Origin: Bacteroidales bacterium
Lineage (GTDB): Bacteria > Bacteroidota > Bacteroidia > Bacteroidales > B18-G4
DNA: 64,000 bases
Direction of reading: 5' to 3'
NCBI GenBank assembly: GCA_040775045.1
Contig: JAXGTH010000001.1
Span: forward strand, 1,117 to 65,116
The position numbers and the translations under genes are program-made. Of this stretch, positions 22,001 through 30,236 are shown piece after piece; position 1 is the stretch's first letter, and each line of letters begins with the position of its first letter. The notes beneath the pieces are model-generated. The model made no database searches. It was given only the letters and a program-made list of their open reading frames with translations, and was not told the origin of the DNA.

Positions 22001-22564
22001 CCTTTGCTCGGGAGTGCTTCCGATTACAATGTGAACCTCGACAAGATCAAAAAGGACCATATCCTCCTGTTTTCGGAAAAGGGCATGGGCAATGGTATCA
22101 TCGAGGACATCAGTGATGTGGTCTATGTCAATCCCCAGGCCTTCGACAAATCGAAGACGGAACAGATCGCGAAGGAAGTGGATAAGATCAATACAGCCCT
22201 GGTGGCCGAAAACAGGAAATATGTCCTGATCGGTCCCGGGCGTTGGGGTACCCGCGACCGGTGGATCGGCATTCCCGTTGCATGGCCGCAGATCTCCAAT
22301 GCCGGTGTGATCATCGAGACCAGCCTGGAGGATTTCCCGCTCGATGCCTCATCGGGCTCACATTTTTTCCATAACGTGACCTCCATGAATGTGGGATATT
22401 TCACGGTGCAGCCCGAATTCTCGAAAAGTTATATCCGTTATGAAATGCTGGAAAAGCAAGAACTTGTCGGGGAAACTGCATTTGTAAGGCATGTGCGCTT
22501 CCCGAAACCCCTCAAGGTGAGGATGGACGGTAAGAAACGTATTTCGGTGATCACCACGGAATAG
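19088..22564 (+). CDS. 1158-aa multidomain protein: N-terminal coiled-coil/GAF-like region, degenerate receiver, intact-looking receiver, PPDK_N-type ATP-grasp (PEP/pyruvate-binding) domain, conserved C-terminal domain
   Basis: The receiver shows 'VILLVEDS' and 'LLCLITDVKFP'. The ATP-grasp shows 'GSLGGKGRGIAF' and 'PLAIRSSGLFEDS..PFAGIFETY'. The C-terminus shows 'LIGPGRWGTRDRWIGIPVAWPQIS' and 'GSHFFHN'. It is a paralog of 34487-37462. Confidence 0.8.
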   Translation: MTYQKPMEEHSKQDKDLKRLQAEAHERLKELAAINQTTQILTEGKSIEETLGKLVDILPPAWQYPEYTASRITFGDLEFTSRNFVPTSWVQKQSFETIDGIKGNIEVYYLREFPELDEGPFMKEERHLINNLAGLITGYLNSIKGKSLLSKERDRILEGNTRKSVTTPLVHSRQLLQKFLNKSNYDRDIYHDLMPFKVKEILLVATLYDAYSIEKEGRFSEHVLGEYHQLNLTSVPRITGVSNEQEAMEQLRTRHFDLVILMMGADKKSPMALSCQIKNEYPYIPVFLLLNNNSDIEYVMKRKASTQHIDKVFVWNGESKVFFAMIKHVEDKINAENDTSVGMVRVILLVEDSPQYYSRYLPMLYNIVLEQTKRIIDDVSTDELYKVLKLRARPKILLASTFEEAKEVIDNYRDYLLCLITDVKFPRNGEEDEDAGLELVKYARKAIKDLPTIIQSSDESVLEKTYKLKATFINKNSETLSQDFRSFITHYLGFGNFVYRNEKGKIFGVARSLKEFEKQLQTIPDESLLHHAKKDHFSLWLMARGEVQAAKILNPHKVSDFSSPQKVREYMLEIITKFRNEQDRGKIIPFDKSAISDESNIVSLMEGSLGGKGRGIAFINTLIYNYEFSQYVPDIHVKAPKTLLVGTEEFEYFMGRNKLYDLVLNEMDYTVVKKEFLRAPLTDTLVKRLKIVLEDIRKPLAIRSSGLFEDSLVQPFAGIFETYILPNSHPDPRVRLEQVMDAIRLVYASVYSETARGYVKAINYKIEEEKMAVVIQEVVGNHYGRYFYPHISGVAQSYNYYPVSHMQPEEGFVVAAIGLGKYVVEGEKAYRFSPKYPEIDINSPKDQFKNSQVQFFAVDMEKTEPNLLEGDTAGLARLDIDDAEQHGTLKHCASVFNPDNNQIIPGLTHQGPRIVNFANILKYGYIPLAKTIEVVLDVVKEALGSPVEIEFAIDLNKDRSGLASFYLLQIKPLLGSASDYNVNLDKIKKDHILLFSEKGMGNGIIEDISDVVYVNPQAFDKSKTEQIAKEVDKINTALVAENRKYVLIGPGRWGTRDRWIGIPVAWPQISNAGVIIETSLEDFPLDASSGSHFFHNVTSMNVGYFTVQPEFSKSYIRYEMLEKQELVGETAFVRHVRFPKPLKVRMDGKKRISVITTE

Positions 22565-22767
22565 ATGCGTCATTTATTTAAAACAAATTTAAATAGATAA
22601 CCTGGATGTAGGATAATTGTTTGTAACTCAAATCCTAAGATGCCCTATGCCAGGAAAACGCTAAAGTTAGTGCCGAAACCCCGATGAATTTAATAGGTGG
22701 GCTGCGGTAATTTTTTTATCATTGTGTTATAAATTAACGGAACCGTAACAATATTAAAATCAAAAAC

Positions 22768-23631
22768 ATGAGCTACGAACTGATCTCTCTCAAACTTAAA
22801 TGTCCTGTTTGCGGGAAATCGCTGATGGATAGTGAACACCTGGTGGACAACGAACCCAGCATTTACCTGAATGTAAAAATGGCAGGGAAAAGCGGTGAGA
22901 TACGCCTGAGTTCGATCTATGGCAGTTATAATTACACGACCAATATCGAGATGCCGAAGGGTGAGGTGGCAGAATTTTACTGCCCGCACTGCAGCGCAGA
23001 GATTACCTCGGATGTCGAGTGCCTGAGTTGCAGGGCCCCCATGGTACCTTTTTACCTGGATATGGGTGGGAAGGTGACCATCTGCTCGAGGAGCGGATGC
23101 AAGAACCACTTCGTCGAGTTCGAAGATCTCTCCGTGGCCCTCAGGAAATTATACCAGGAATACGGGCTTGCCGGAAAAGACAGTTTCAGGCCCGACAGGG
23201 ACAGGGTCAGGGCGGAACAACCCGTTGATGAGGAAAAGGAGATCCTTGAATCGGGCACTTATCTGAATTCCTATTGCCCGCATTGCCACAAGAGCCTGAT
23301 CGAGGAAAATATGCTGAAGCTGAAAATACACAACGGGGAGGAGGGTTTCCTTTTATTAAGCCCGTACCTCAATGTATTCACCAGCAAGTCGACCATCTTT
23401 CTCGAAGAGGACAAGGCATTAAAGGATGTGCGTTGCTGGCATTGTGGAAAAAGCCTTATCCCTGAACAAAAGTCATGTGGCAAATGTGGTTCCGATGTCG
23501 TCAAGATAGAGGTCAGTGCCCGCACCAAACTGATCGATTTTTATATCTGTACCAAAAAGGGTTGCCGCTGGCACGGGCTCAGCGACGATGATTATTACGA
23601 TATCCGTTTGCAGGACAGCCTTGAATGGTGA
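22768..23631 (+). CDS. Cys-rich protein made of two tandem ~125-aa 8-Cys zinc-ribbon/rubredoxin-like modules
   Basis: Module 1 carries CPVC..CPHC..CLSC..CSRSGC. Module 2 carries CPHC..CWHC..CGKC..CTKKGC. Module 2 aligns by eye with the N-terminus of the NfnB-like protein. Confidence 0.7.
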   Translation: MSYELISLKLKCPVCGKSLMDSEHLVDNEPSIYLNVKMAGKSGEIRLSSIYGSYNYTTNIEMPKGEVAEFYCPHCSAEITSDVECLSCRAPMVPFYLDMGGKVTICSRSGCKNHFVEFEDLSVALRKLYQEYGLAGKDSFRPDRDRVRAEQPVDEEKEILESGTYLNSYCPHCHKSLIEENMLKLKIHNGEEGFLLLSPYLNVFTSKSTIFLEEDKALKDVRCWHCGKSLIPEQKSCGKCGSDVVKIEVSARTKLIDFYICTKKGCRWHGLSDDDYYDIRLQDSLEW

Positions 23632-23657
23632 GCATGGTATAACGAAATCTTGTTCTT

Positions 23658-24482
23658 ATGTTCCAGATCGTCAGAAAACAGGAAATGGCCAGGGGAACGA
23701 TCATACGTTTCGACCTGAGTGCCCCGAAGATCGCCAAAAAGGTCAAAGCCGGGCAATTTATTATCCTGAGGGTGAACGAAACCGGTGAGCGTATTCCCCT
23801 TACTGTTGCGGATAAGGACGAATTTGCCGGCATCATTACCATCATCTTCCAGGTGGTCGGTAAGACTACGGCCTTGATGCGCTCGCTTAACGAGGGCGAC
23901 CTGATCAGGGACGTGGTAGGCCCCCTCGGGAAACCGGCTCATGTCGAAAAGGTGGGAACCGTGGTGATGGTGGGCGGCGGGACAGGTGTAGCCATCCTCC
24001 ACCACGTGGCCAAAGCCTTTAAGGAAGCCGGCAATTTCGTGATCAGCATCGTCGGTGCCCGCGACAGGGAAATGCTTATCCTGGAGAATGAGATGAAGCA
24101 GATCAGCGATGAACTGGTGGTCACGACCGACGACGGCAGCTATGGTGAAAGGGGATTCGTTACGGATCCGCTGAAAAAGTACCTCGACGAACGCTACGAC
24201 ATCAAGCTTGTGTATGCCATCGGGCCCATCATAATGATGCAGAATGTGGTGAAACTGACAAAAAAGTACAAGATGCCCACCATGGTCAGCCTGAACCCCA
24301 TCATGATCGACGGTACGGGAATGTGTGGCGGCTGCAGGGTTAAAGTCGGCGACAAGGCCCAGTTCTGTTGCGTCGATGGCCCCGATTTCAATGGCTTCGA
24401 AGTTGATTTCGAAGAATTGATCAACAGGAATTCACTTTATCTGAAAGAAGAGAAAGACTCACTGCTTTTCTCGATCAGGTAA
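23658..24482 (+). CDS. nfnA: NfnA/SudB-type subunit (FAD/NAD(P)-binding, PyrK-like, 2Fe-2S)
   Basis: 'RIPLTVAD', 'VMVGGGTGVA' and the C-terminal 'GMCGGCRV...FCCVDGP' cluster motif. Confidence 0.85.
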   Translation: MFQIVRKQEMARGTIIRFDLSAPKIAKKVKAGQFIILRVNETGERIPLTVADKDEFAGIITIIFQVVGKTTALMRSLNEGDLIRDVVGPLGKPAHVEKVGTVVMVGGGTGVAILHHVAKAFKEAGNFVISIVGARDREMLILENEMKQISDELVVTTDDGSYGERGFVTDPLKKYLDERYDIKLVYAIGPIIMMQNVVKLTKKYKMPTMVSLNPIMIDGTGMCGGCRVKVGDKAQFCCVDGPDFNGFEVDFEELINRNSLYLKEEKDSLLFSIR

Positions 24483-24500
24483 TATCATAAAGCATTTGCC

Positions 24501-26330
24501 ATGTTAGACCAGGATGTTAAATACCTAAAATTTAAGACCTATCTTAATACTTACTGTCCGCATTGCCACGAGAGTTTCAATGTTGAAAAAAAGGACCGTA
24601 AGCAGATCAATTTTAAAGCGGTATATAAAAACGAAGACATCGACCTGGTCCTCAGTCCCTATCTCGACGTTTTTGAGGTGGAGGCCTCCACTGAGATTAT
24701 CCTGGGTGATACTGTCGATGATATCAAATGCCCGCATTGTGGCAAAAGTTTGATCCATAAGGATATGCCATGTGGAGAATGTGGTTCTCCGGTTGCCGAG
24801 GTGATCGTGTCGGCAGCTTCACGGCTCATCCCGTTTTTCCTCTGTTCCAAATATGGTTGTGAATGGCATGGGCTGAGCAAACGCGACGAGCGGCATATCA
24901 AGCTGAAGATCCCGAGGCAGGAGATGCCTGAGCAGGATCAGACCCTTCGCGTGCACAACTGGCAGGAAGTGCCATACGGTTATACCTCCGAACTGGCCCT
25001 GCTGGAGGCGGGCCGGTGCCTGCAGTGTAAAAAGCCTATGTGTGTTGAGGGTTGCCCGGTAAATGTCGACATCCCTTCGTTCATTGCACTCGTGGCCGAA
25101 GAGAAATTCAATGATGCGGCCAAGAAGATCAAGGAAAGGAATGTTTTTCCCGCCATCTGCGGCCGGGTCTGCCCCCAGGAGAGCCAGTGCGAATCGAAAT
25201 GCGTGCTGGGCCATAAGGACCAGCCTGTGGCTATCGGAAGGCTTGAACGTTTTGTTGCCGATTATGAACGTAAGATGGACCTGGTAAATGTTCCGACCAT
25301 CACAGAGAATACAGGCCAAAAGATCGCAGTGGTGGGTTCGGGCCCGGGAGGTCTCACAGTGGCTGCCGACATGCGGCAACTGGGTTACAGCGTTACGGTT
25401 TATGAGGCCCTTCATGAAACGGGAGGCGTGCTTACCTATGGCATCCCCGAGTTCAGGCTGCCCAAATCCATCGTGCAGTTCGAGATCGAGTACCTGAAGC
25501 AAATGGGTGTTCGCTTCGAGCTCAACCACGTGATCGGCAATATCCTCACCGTTGATGAATTGCTCGAACATTTCGATGCCGTCTTTGTAGGTGTAGGAGC
25601 AGGATTTCCCTTGTTCATGGGACTTGAGGGCGAAAGCCTGGGTAGCGTCTTTTCAGCCAATGAATATCTCACCCGGATGAACCTGATGAAGGCCTACCGC
25701 TTCCCTGAATACGACACTCCCATGCCTAAAGGGCACAAGGTGGTGGTGGTCGGTGGCGGCAATGTGGCCATGGACTGCGCACGTACCGCTGCACGATCGG
25801 GGGCCGATGAAGTGACCATCGTGTACCGCCGCTCACGGCATGAACTTCCCGCCAGGGCAGAGGAGGTACACCATGCTGAAGAGGAAGGGATCAGATTCAA
25901 ACTGCTGACCAACCCTGTCAGGTACATCGGTACCGACAATAACAAGGTAAAGGCGGTTGAATGTATCAGGATGGAACTGGGCGAGCCGGACGCCTCAGGG
26001 CGGAGACGCCCTATCCCCATACAGGATTCGAACTTTACGATTGAATGCGACATGGCCATCGTGGCTATCGGCAATGGCCCCAATCCCATCATCTTCAACT
26101 CAACCCCCGATATGGAACTCAACAAATGGGGCTATATCAAAACAGATCCCGAAAGCAATGAAACTACAAAGGCTTTCGTCTATGCGGGCGGCGATATCGT
26201 TACAGGTTCGGCTACGGTGATCCAGGCCATGGGTGCCGGAAGGATAGCTGCAAATGCCATGCATGAGCGACTGACTGCCATACGTGAAAAAAAGAAAAAA
26301 CCTGCCCCGAAGAAGAAGACCGTTAAATAG
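24501..26330 (+). CDS. nfnB: NfnB/SudA/GltD-type subunit with an N-terminal zinc-ribbon module fusion and a Lys-rich tail
   Basis: Residues 1 to ~140 carry CPHC..CPHC..CGEC..CSKYGC. The GltD core follows: 'CLQCKKPMCVEGCPVNVDIPSFI', 'ICGRVCPQE..CE..C', 'VAVVGSGPGGL', 'VVVVGGGNVAMDCART'. The tail reads 'REKKKKPAPKKKTVK'. Confidence 0.85.
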   Translation: MLDQDVKYLKFKTYLNTYCPHCHESFNVEKKDRKQINFKAVYKNEDIDLVLSPYLDVFEVEASTEIILGDTVDDIKCPHCGKSLIHKDMPCGECGSPVAEVIVSAASRLIPFFLCSKYGCEWHGLSKRDERHIKLKIPRQEMPEQDQTLRVHNWQEVPYGYTSELALLEAGRCLQCKKPMCVEGCPVNVDIPSFIALVAEEKFNDAAKKIKERNVFPAICGRVCPQESQCESKCVLGHKDQPVAIGRLERFVADYERKMDLVNVPTITENTGQKIAVVGSGPGGLTVAADMRQLGYSVTVYEALHETGGVLTYGIPEFRLPKSIVQFEIEYLKQMGVRFELNHVIGNILTVDELLEHFDAVFVGVGAGFPLFMGLEGESLGSVFSANEYLTRMNLMKAYRFPEYDTPMPKGHKVVVVGGGNVAMDCARTAARSGADEVTIVYRRSRHELPARAEEVHHAEEEGIRFKLLTNPVRYIGTDNNKVKAVECIRMELGEPDASGRRRPIPIQDSNFTIECDMAIVAIGNGPNPIIFNSTPDMELNKWGYIKTDPESNETTKAFVYAGGDIVTGSATVIQAMGAGRIAANAMHERLTAIREKKKKPAPKKKTVK

Positions 26331-26478
26331 CAGCCAGGCTTTCAACCAACCTGTAGCAGAGCCAGGTGAGCTCCGGCAATTCTTGTTTGTCGATGTTCAA
26401 GGGTAAATCGCATGGGCGCCTGACCCCCTTCCTGAACATTTTGCCCTTACAACTTGTTTCCTGAAAACAGCTTCAGGC

Positions 26479-27036
26479 ATGAAAATACACCGGGCCATAG
26501 GTATTTTACTTCTCCTGGCGGGAATGGCGTTCGTCATTTCATGCTCCAGTAACGACGACCCTGTCTATACCGAAAAGAAACCCACCGCCCTTGAGGTGAT
26601 CAATGCGCAGGGGGTGAGTGTTCCGGTGTATGATTTTGAGGGCTTCAGCCCCATGCTGGATTATTACAACGATACCCTCTATGTGTTTAACTTCTGGGCT
26701 ACCTGGTGCCAGCCCTGCGTGAAGGAAATGCCTTACTTCAACATGGCAGACTCGGCCTATGCCGGTATGCCGGTACGCATCGTGCTGGTCAGCCTCGATT
26801 TTACCGAAAATGTTGAGGATGTGCTGATCCCCTTCATCCTGGAAAAAGAGCTGCGGCCTGAGGTGATCGTGCTTGATGACCCCGATGCCAACAGCTGGAT
26901 ACCCGAGATCGATCCCTCCTGGGAAGGAGCCATACCGGCAACGCTGTTTTTCAAGATGAAAAAGCGCAAGTTCATGAACCAGGCCTTCACCTATGAGGAA
27001 CTTTCAAATGAAATTGACGAACTATTAAAACCTTGA
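26479..27036 (+). CDS. Lipoprotein, TlpA/ResA-like thiol:disulfide oxidoreductase
   Basis: Lipobox 'FVISCSS' and thioredoxin motif 'FWATWCQPC'. Confidence 0.75.
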   Translation: MKIHRAIGILLLLAGMAFVISCSSNDDPVYTEKKPTALEVINAQGVSVPVYDFEGFSPMLDYYNDTLYVFNFWATWCQPCVKEMPYFNMADSAYAGMPVRIVLVSLDFTENVEDVLIPFILEKELRPEVIVLDDPDANSWIPEIDPSWEGAIPATLFFKMKKRKFMNQAFTYEELSNEIDELLKP

Positions 27037-27040
27037 TAAT

Positions 27041-27646
27041 ATGAAAACTACAGTAATATTTTTCCTTTCCATGATCATCACCTCCTCCATGGCCTTTGCC
27101 GGCGGGTATGAGGTGGGCGACAAGGCCGGCGACTTCACCCTCAAAAATGTCGACGGCAAAATGGTTTCACTGACCGATTATCCCGAGGCCAAAGGTTTCA
27201 TCGTGATCTTTACCTGTAACCACTGTCCTTATTCAAAGCTTTATGAGGACCGCATCATCGCCCTCGACGCTAATTACAGGGACAAGGGGTTCCCGGTCAT
27301 TGCCATCAACCCGAACGACCCGGCCGTACAGCCCGAGGACAGCTACCCGCTGATGCAGGTGAGGGCAAGGGAAAAGGGTTTCACCTTCCCGTATCTTTTT
27401 GATGAGACCCAGGATGTAGCCAGGGCGTACGGGGCCACCCGGACACCGCACGTTTTTATCCTCTCCATGGATGAAGGTGACCTGATCGTAAAATACATCG
27501 GGGCCATCGACAACAACAGCAAGAGTGCTGCCGAAGCCAGCGAGAAATATGTTGAGGATGCCCTGAACGCCCTCCTCAGCGGCAACGATCCCGCAGTGAA
27601 TTATACCCGGGCTGTCGGATGCACGATAAAGTGGAAAGCGGACTGA
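27041..27646 (+). CDS. Exported thioredoxin-fold (redoxin/AhpC-TSA-like) protein
   Basis: A signal peptide is followed by 'IVIFTCNHCPYS' (CxxC). Confidence 0.75.
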   Translation: MKTTVIFFLSMIITSSMAFAGGYEVGDKAGDFTLKNVDGKMVSLTDYPEAKGFIVIFTCNHCPYSKLYEDRIIALDANYRDKGFPVIAINPNDPAVQPEDSYPLMQVRAREKGFTFPYLFDETQDVARAYGATRTPHVFILSMDEGDLIVKYIGAIDNNSKSAAEASEKYVEDALNALLSGNDPAVNYTRAVGCTIKWKAD

Positions 27647-27652
27647 CCTGCC

Positions 27653-27682
27653 GACCTCACAGGTCGCCCGACCTGTGAGGTC
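27653..27682 (+). terminator. Perfect 14-bp-stem hairpin after the thioredoxin genes
   Basis: GACCTCACAGGTCG-CC-CGACCTGTGAGGTC lies 7 nt after the stop codon. There is no T-tract. Each arm is itself a small palindrome. Confidence 0.5.
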
Positions 27683-27860
27683 AGGTCGAAGCCATTTGAC
27701 ATATATCTGACAATATTTTCAATTCCCCTGCCTTCTGTTTTGCAGACCAAGTTTTATATCAATTCATTATCTTCATTATCAGTCACATATATTCCTTATT
27801 CGGGGCAATTTAGACCATATATAAATTATGGGGTTTAAAGGGCTGGCATGAAACATTTTA

Positions 27861-27868
27861 TAAATTTG
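27861..27868 (+). promoter_or_regulatory. Candidate -7 box TAAATTTG for the nuoE-like operon
   Basis: It matches TAnnTTTG and lies 25 nt upstream of ATG 27893. Confidence 0.45.
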
Positions 27869-27892
27869 TCAGCGCCTTAAAACCTTTATAAA

Positions 27893-28411
27893 ATGCGGAT
27901 TGAAAGAATAGATGTGAAGCGGGAAACCGACGAGCAGGCTGCGGTCGATACCGGGTTGCTCAACCCCCTGATCGATAAGTATAAAAACCAGAAAGGAAAT
28001 CTCATTCCCCTGCTCCAGGGGGCGCAGGATATCTACGGTTATATCCCGCGCGAAGCTTTTGAAAAACTTTCGGCCGAAACCGGGATACCCCTCAGCGAGA
28101 TGTACGGGGTAGCCACCTTTTATGCGCAGTTCAGGCTGAAACCTGTTGGAAAGCATATCATAAAGGTTTGCCACGGCACAGCCTGCCATGTCCAGAATGC
28201 CAAATCGATCACAACTTCCCTGAAGGAGGCCCTCAAAGTGGACGACGGCGGAACCACGGAAGACGGGCTCTTCACCCTCGAGTCGGTAGCATGCCTGGGT
28301 TGCTGCTCCCTGGCACCGGTCATGATGATCGGCAACGAAACCTACGGCAAGCTTACAGGTGCCCAGGCTGTGAAGATCGTAAAGAACATCAGGATCAGTG
28401 AAAACAATTGA
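27893..28411 (+). CDS. NuoE/HydC/HndA-like thioredoxin-like [2Fe-2S] subunit
   Basis: 'LIPLLQGAQD', 'KVCHGTACH' and 'VACLGCCSLAPVMM'. Confidence 0.9.
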   Translation: MRIERIDVKRETDEQAAVDTGLLNPLIDKYKNQKGNLIPLLQGAQDIYGYIPREAFEKLSAETGIPLSEMYGVATFYAQFRLKPVGKHIIKVCHGTACHVQNAKSITTSLKEALKVDDGGTTEDGLFTLESVACLGCCSLAPVMMIGNETYGKLTGAQAVKIVKNIRISENN

Positions 28412-28437
28412 TTTGACAACACTTTTGAAACAATAAT

Positions 28438-30213
28438 ATGGAAACAAAAGTAATCGTTGGTCTCGGAAGTTGCGGCATCGCTGCCGGAGCGGGAAAAGTG
28501 TACGACAAGATAGCGGCCATCAAAAAAGCGGAGAACCTCACCTTCGAATTGAAAAAGACCTCGTGTATCGGTATGTGTTACCGGGAGCCGCTGGTCGAGA
28601 TCATCGACGATTCGGGAAGGTACCTTTACGGCGATATCGACGAAGAGCGCATCATTGAGGTGATCGATAAGCATGTCGGGCAGCAGAATCCCGTGAAGGA
28701 ATTCGTGGTGCAGTCGGACCTCTTCGAGACCGTCGACAACGAATATACCAACGACCAGGTGAAGATCGCCCTCCGTAACTGCGGGTATATCGATCCGGAG
28801 AGTATAGAGGAATACGAGGCCAGGGACGGATACCGTGCCATCCGCAAGATCGCGGGACATGGCATGTCGAGGCTCGATGTGATCCAGGAAGTCATCGCTT
28901 CGGGCCTGCGCGGCCGAGGGGGCGGGGGCTTCCCGACAGGGTTGAAATGGAAATTTGCGAACAACAACAAAGCCGATGAAAAATATATCATCTGTAATGC
29001 CGACGAGGGCGATCCCGGTGCTTTCATGGACCGTTCCGTGCTGGAGGGCGATCCCCACTCGGTGCTCGAAGGGATGATCATCGGGGCATACGCCATCGAG
29101 GCTACCGGCGGGGTGATCTATTGCCGTGCCGAGTACCCGCTGGCCATCAAACGCCTTCGCATTGCCATCGGGCAGGCCCGCGAAAAGGGCTACCTGGGGA
29201 AGAACATCCTCGGGATCGAGGGCTTCAACTTCGACATCTATATCAAGGAGGGTGCCGGGGCATTTGTGTGCGGGGAGGAAACCGCACTGATCGCCTCGGT
29301 AGAGGGCCAGCGCGGCATGCCACGCAAGCGTCCGCCCTTCCCGGCTGCTTCAGGATTGTGGAAGAAGCCCACCAACATCAATAACGTGGAAACCTTTGCC
29401 AACATTCCCTGGATCATCCAGCACGGGGCTTCCGAATATGCCAGGTACGGTACGGAGAAGAGCAAGGGCACCAAGGTATTTGCCCTGGCCGGCAAGATAA
29501 AGCGTTCAGGGCTGGTGGAAGTGCCCATGGGCATGAGCATCAGGGATGTGATCTTCAAGCTTGGCGGAGGGATTCAGGATGACAAGGAATTCAAGGCCGT
29601 GCAGATGGGCGGACCCTCGGGGGGCTGCATCCCGGCACACCTGGCCGACACCATCGTCGATTATGACTCGGTGAATGCCACCGGCGCCATCATGGGTTCC
29701 GGCGGGATGGTCGTGATGGACGAAACTACCTGTATGATCGACGTGGCCAAATTCTTCCTCGACTTCACGCAGAAGGAATCCTGCGGGAAATGTACCTTCT
29801 GCCGCATAGGCACCAAACGTATGCTGGAGATCCTTACAAGGATCACTGAAGGGAAAGGTGAAGAGGGCGACATCGAAAGGCTGGAGGAACTGGCTTACCA
29901 GATCAAGGACAACTCGCTTTGCGGCCTTGGGCAGACAGCTCCCAACCCGGTGCTCACCACCATAAAATACTTCAGGGATGAGTATGAGGCCCATATCCGG
30001 GATAAAAAATGCCCGGCCCACGTCTGCACCAACCTGCTCACCTATACCGTCGATGCCGAAAAGTGCACGGGCTGTACCGTATGTGCCAAAAATTGCCCGG
30101 TAGAGGCCATCAGCGGCGAGCGTAAGGAGGTCCACTTCATCGACCAGGAAAAATGCATCAAGTGCGGTGTGTGTTACACCAAATGCAAGTTCGACGCCAT
30201 AATCTTATCATAA
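28438..30213 (+). CDS. NuoF/HydB/HndC-like NADH-binding FMN/FeS subunit (N-terminal 2Fe-2S domain, C-terminal 2x[4Fe-4S])
   Basis: 'GRGGGGFPTGLKWKF' (FMN site), 'ESCGKCTFCR', 'CTGCTVCAKNCP' and 'CIKCGVCYTKC'. Confidence 0.9.
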   Translation: METKVIVGLGSCGIAAGAGKVYDKIAAIKKAENLTFELKKTSCIGMCYREPLVEIIDDSGRYLYGDIDEERIIEVIDKHVGQQNPVKEFVVQSDLFETVDNEYTNDQVKIALRNCGYIDPESIEEYEARDGYRAIRKIAGHGMSRLDVIQEVIASGLRGRGGGGFPTGLKWKFANNNKADEKYIICNADEGDPGAFMDRSVLEGDPHSVLEGMIIGAYAIEATGGVIYCRAEYPLAIKRLRIAIGQAREKGYLGKNILGIEGFNFDIYIKEGAGAFVCGEETALIASVEGQRGMPRKRPPFPAASGLWKKPTNINNVETFANIPWIIQHGASEYARYGTEKSKGTKVFALAGKIKRSGLVEVPMGMSIRDVIFKLGGGIQDDKEFKAVQMGGPSGGCIPAHLADTIVDYDSVNATGAIMGSGGMVVMDETTCMIDVAKFFLDFTQKESCGKCTFCRIGTKRMLEILTRITEGKGEEGDIERLEELAYQIKDNSLCGLGQTAPNPVLTTIKYFRDEYEAHIRDKKCPAHVCTNLLTYTVDAEKCTGCTVCAKNCPVEAISGERKEVHFIDQEKCIKCGVCYTKCKFDAIILS

Positions 30214-30236
30214 ACGAAAATCAAAGGACCAGCATA

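Noticed and set aside
22768-23631. The Cys-rich 287-aa protein as a transposase or IS-associated zinc-ribbon protein.
   Set aside because: There is no DDE/HUH or recombinase region and no terminal repeats. Its second module is clearly homologous to the N-terminus of the adjacent NfnB-like enzyme, which ties it to the redox operon.
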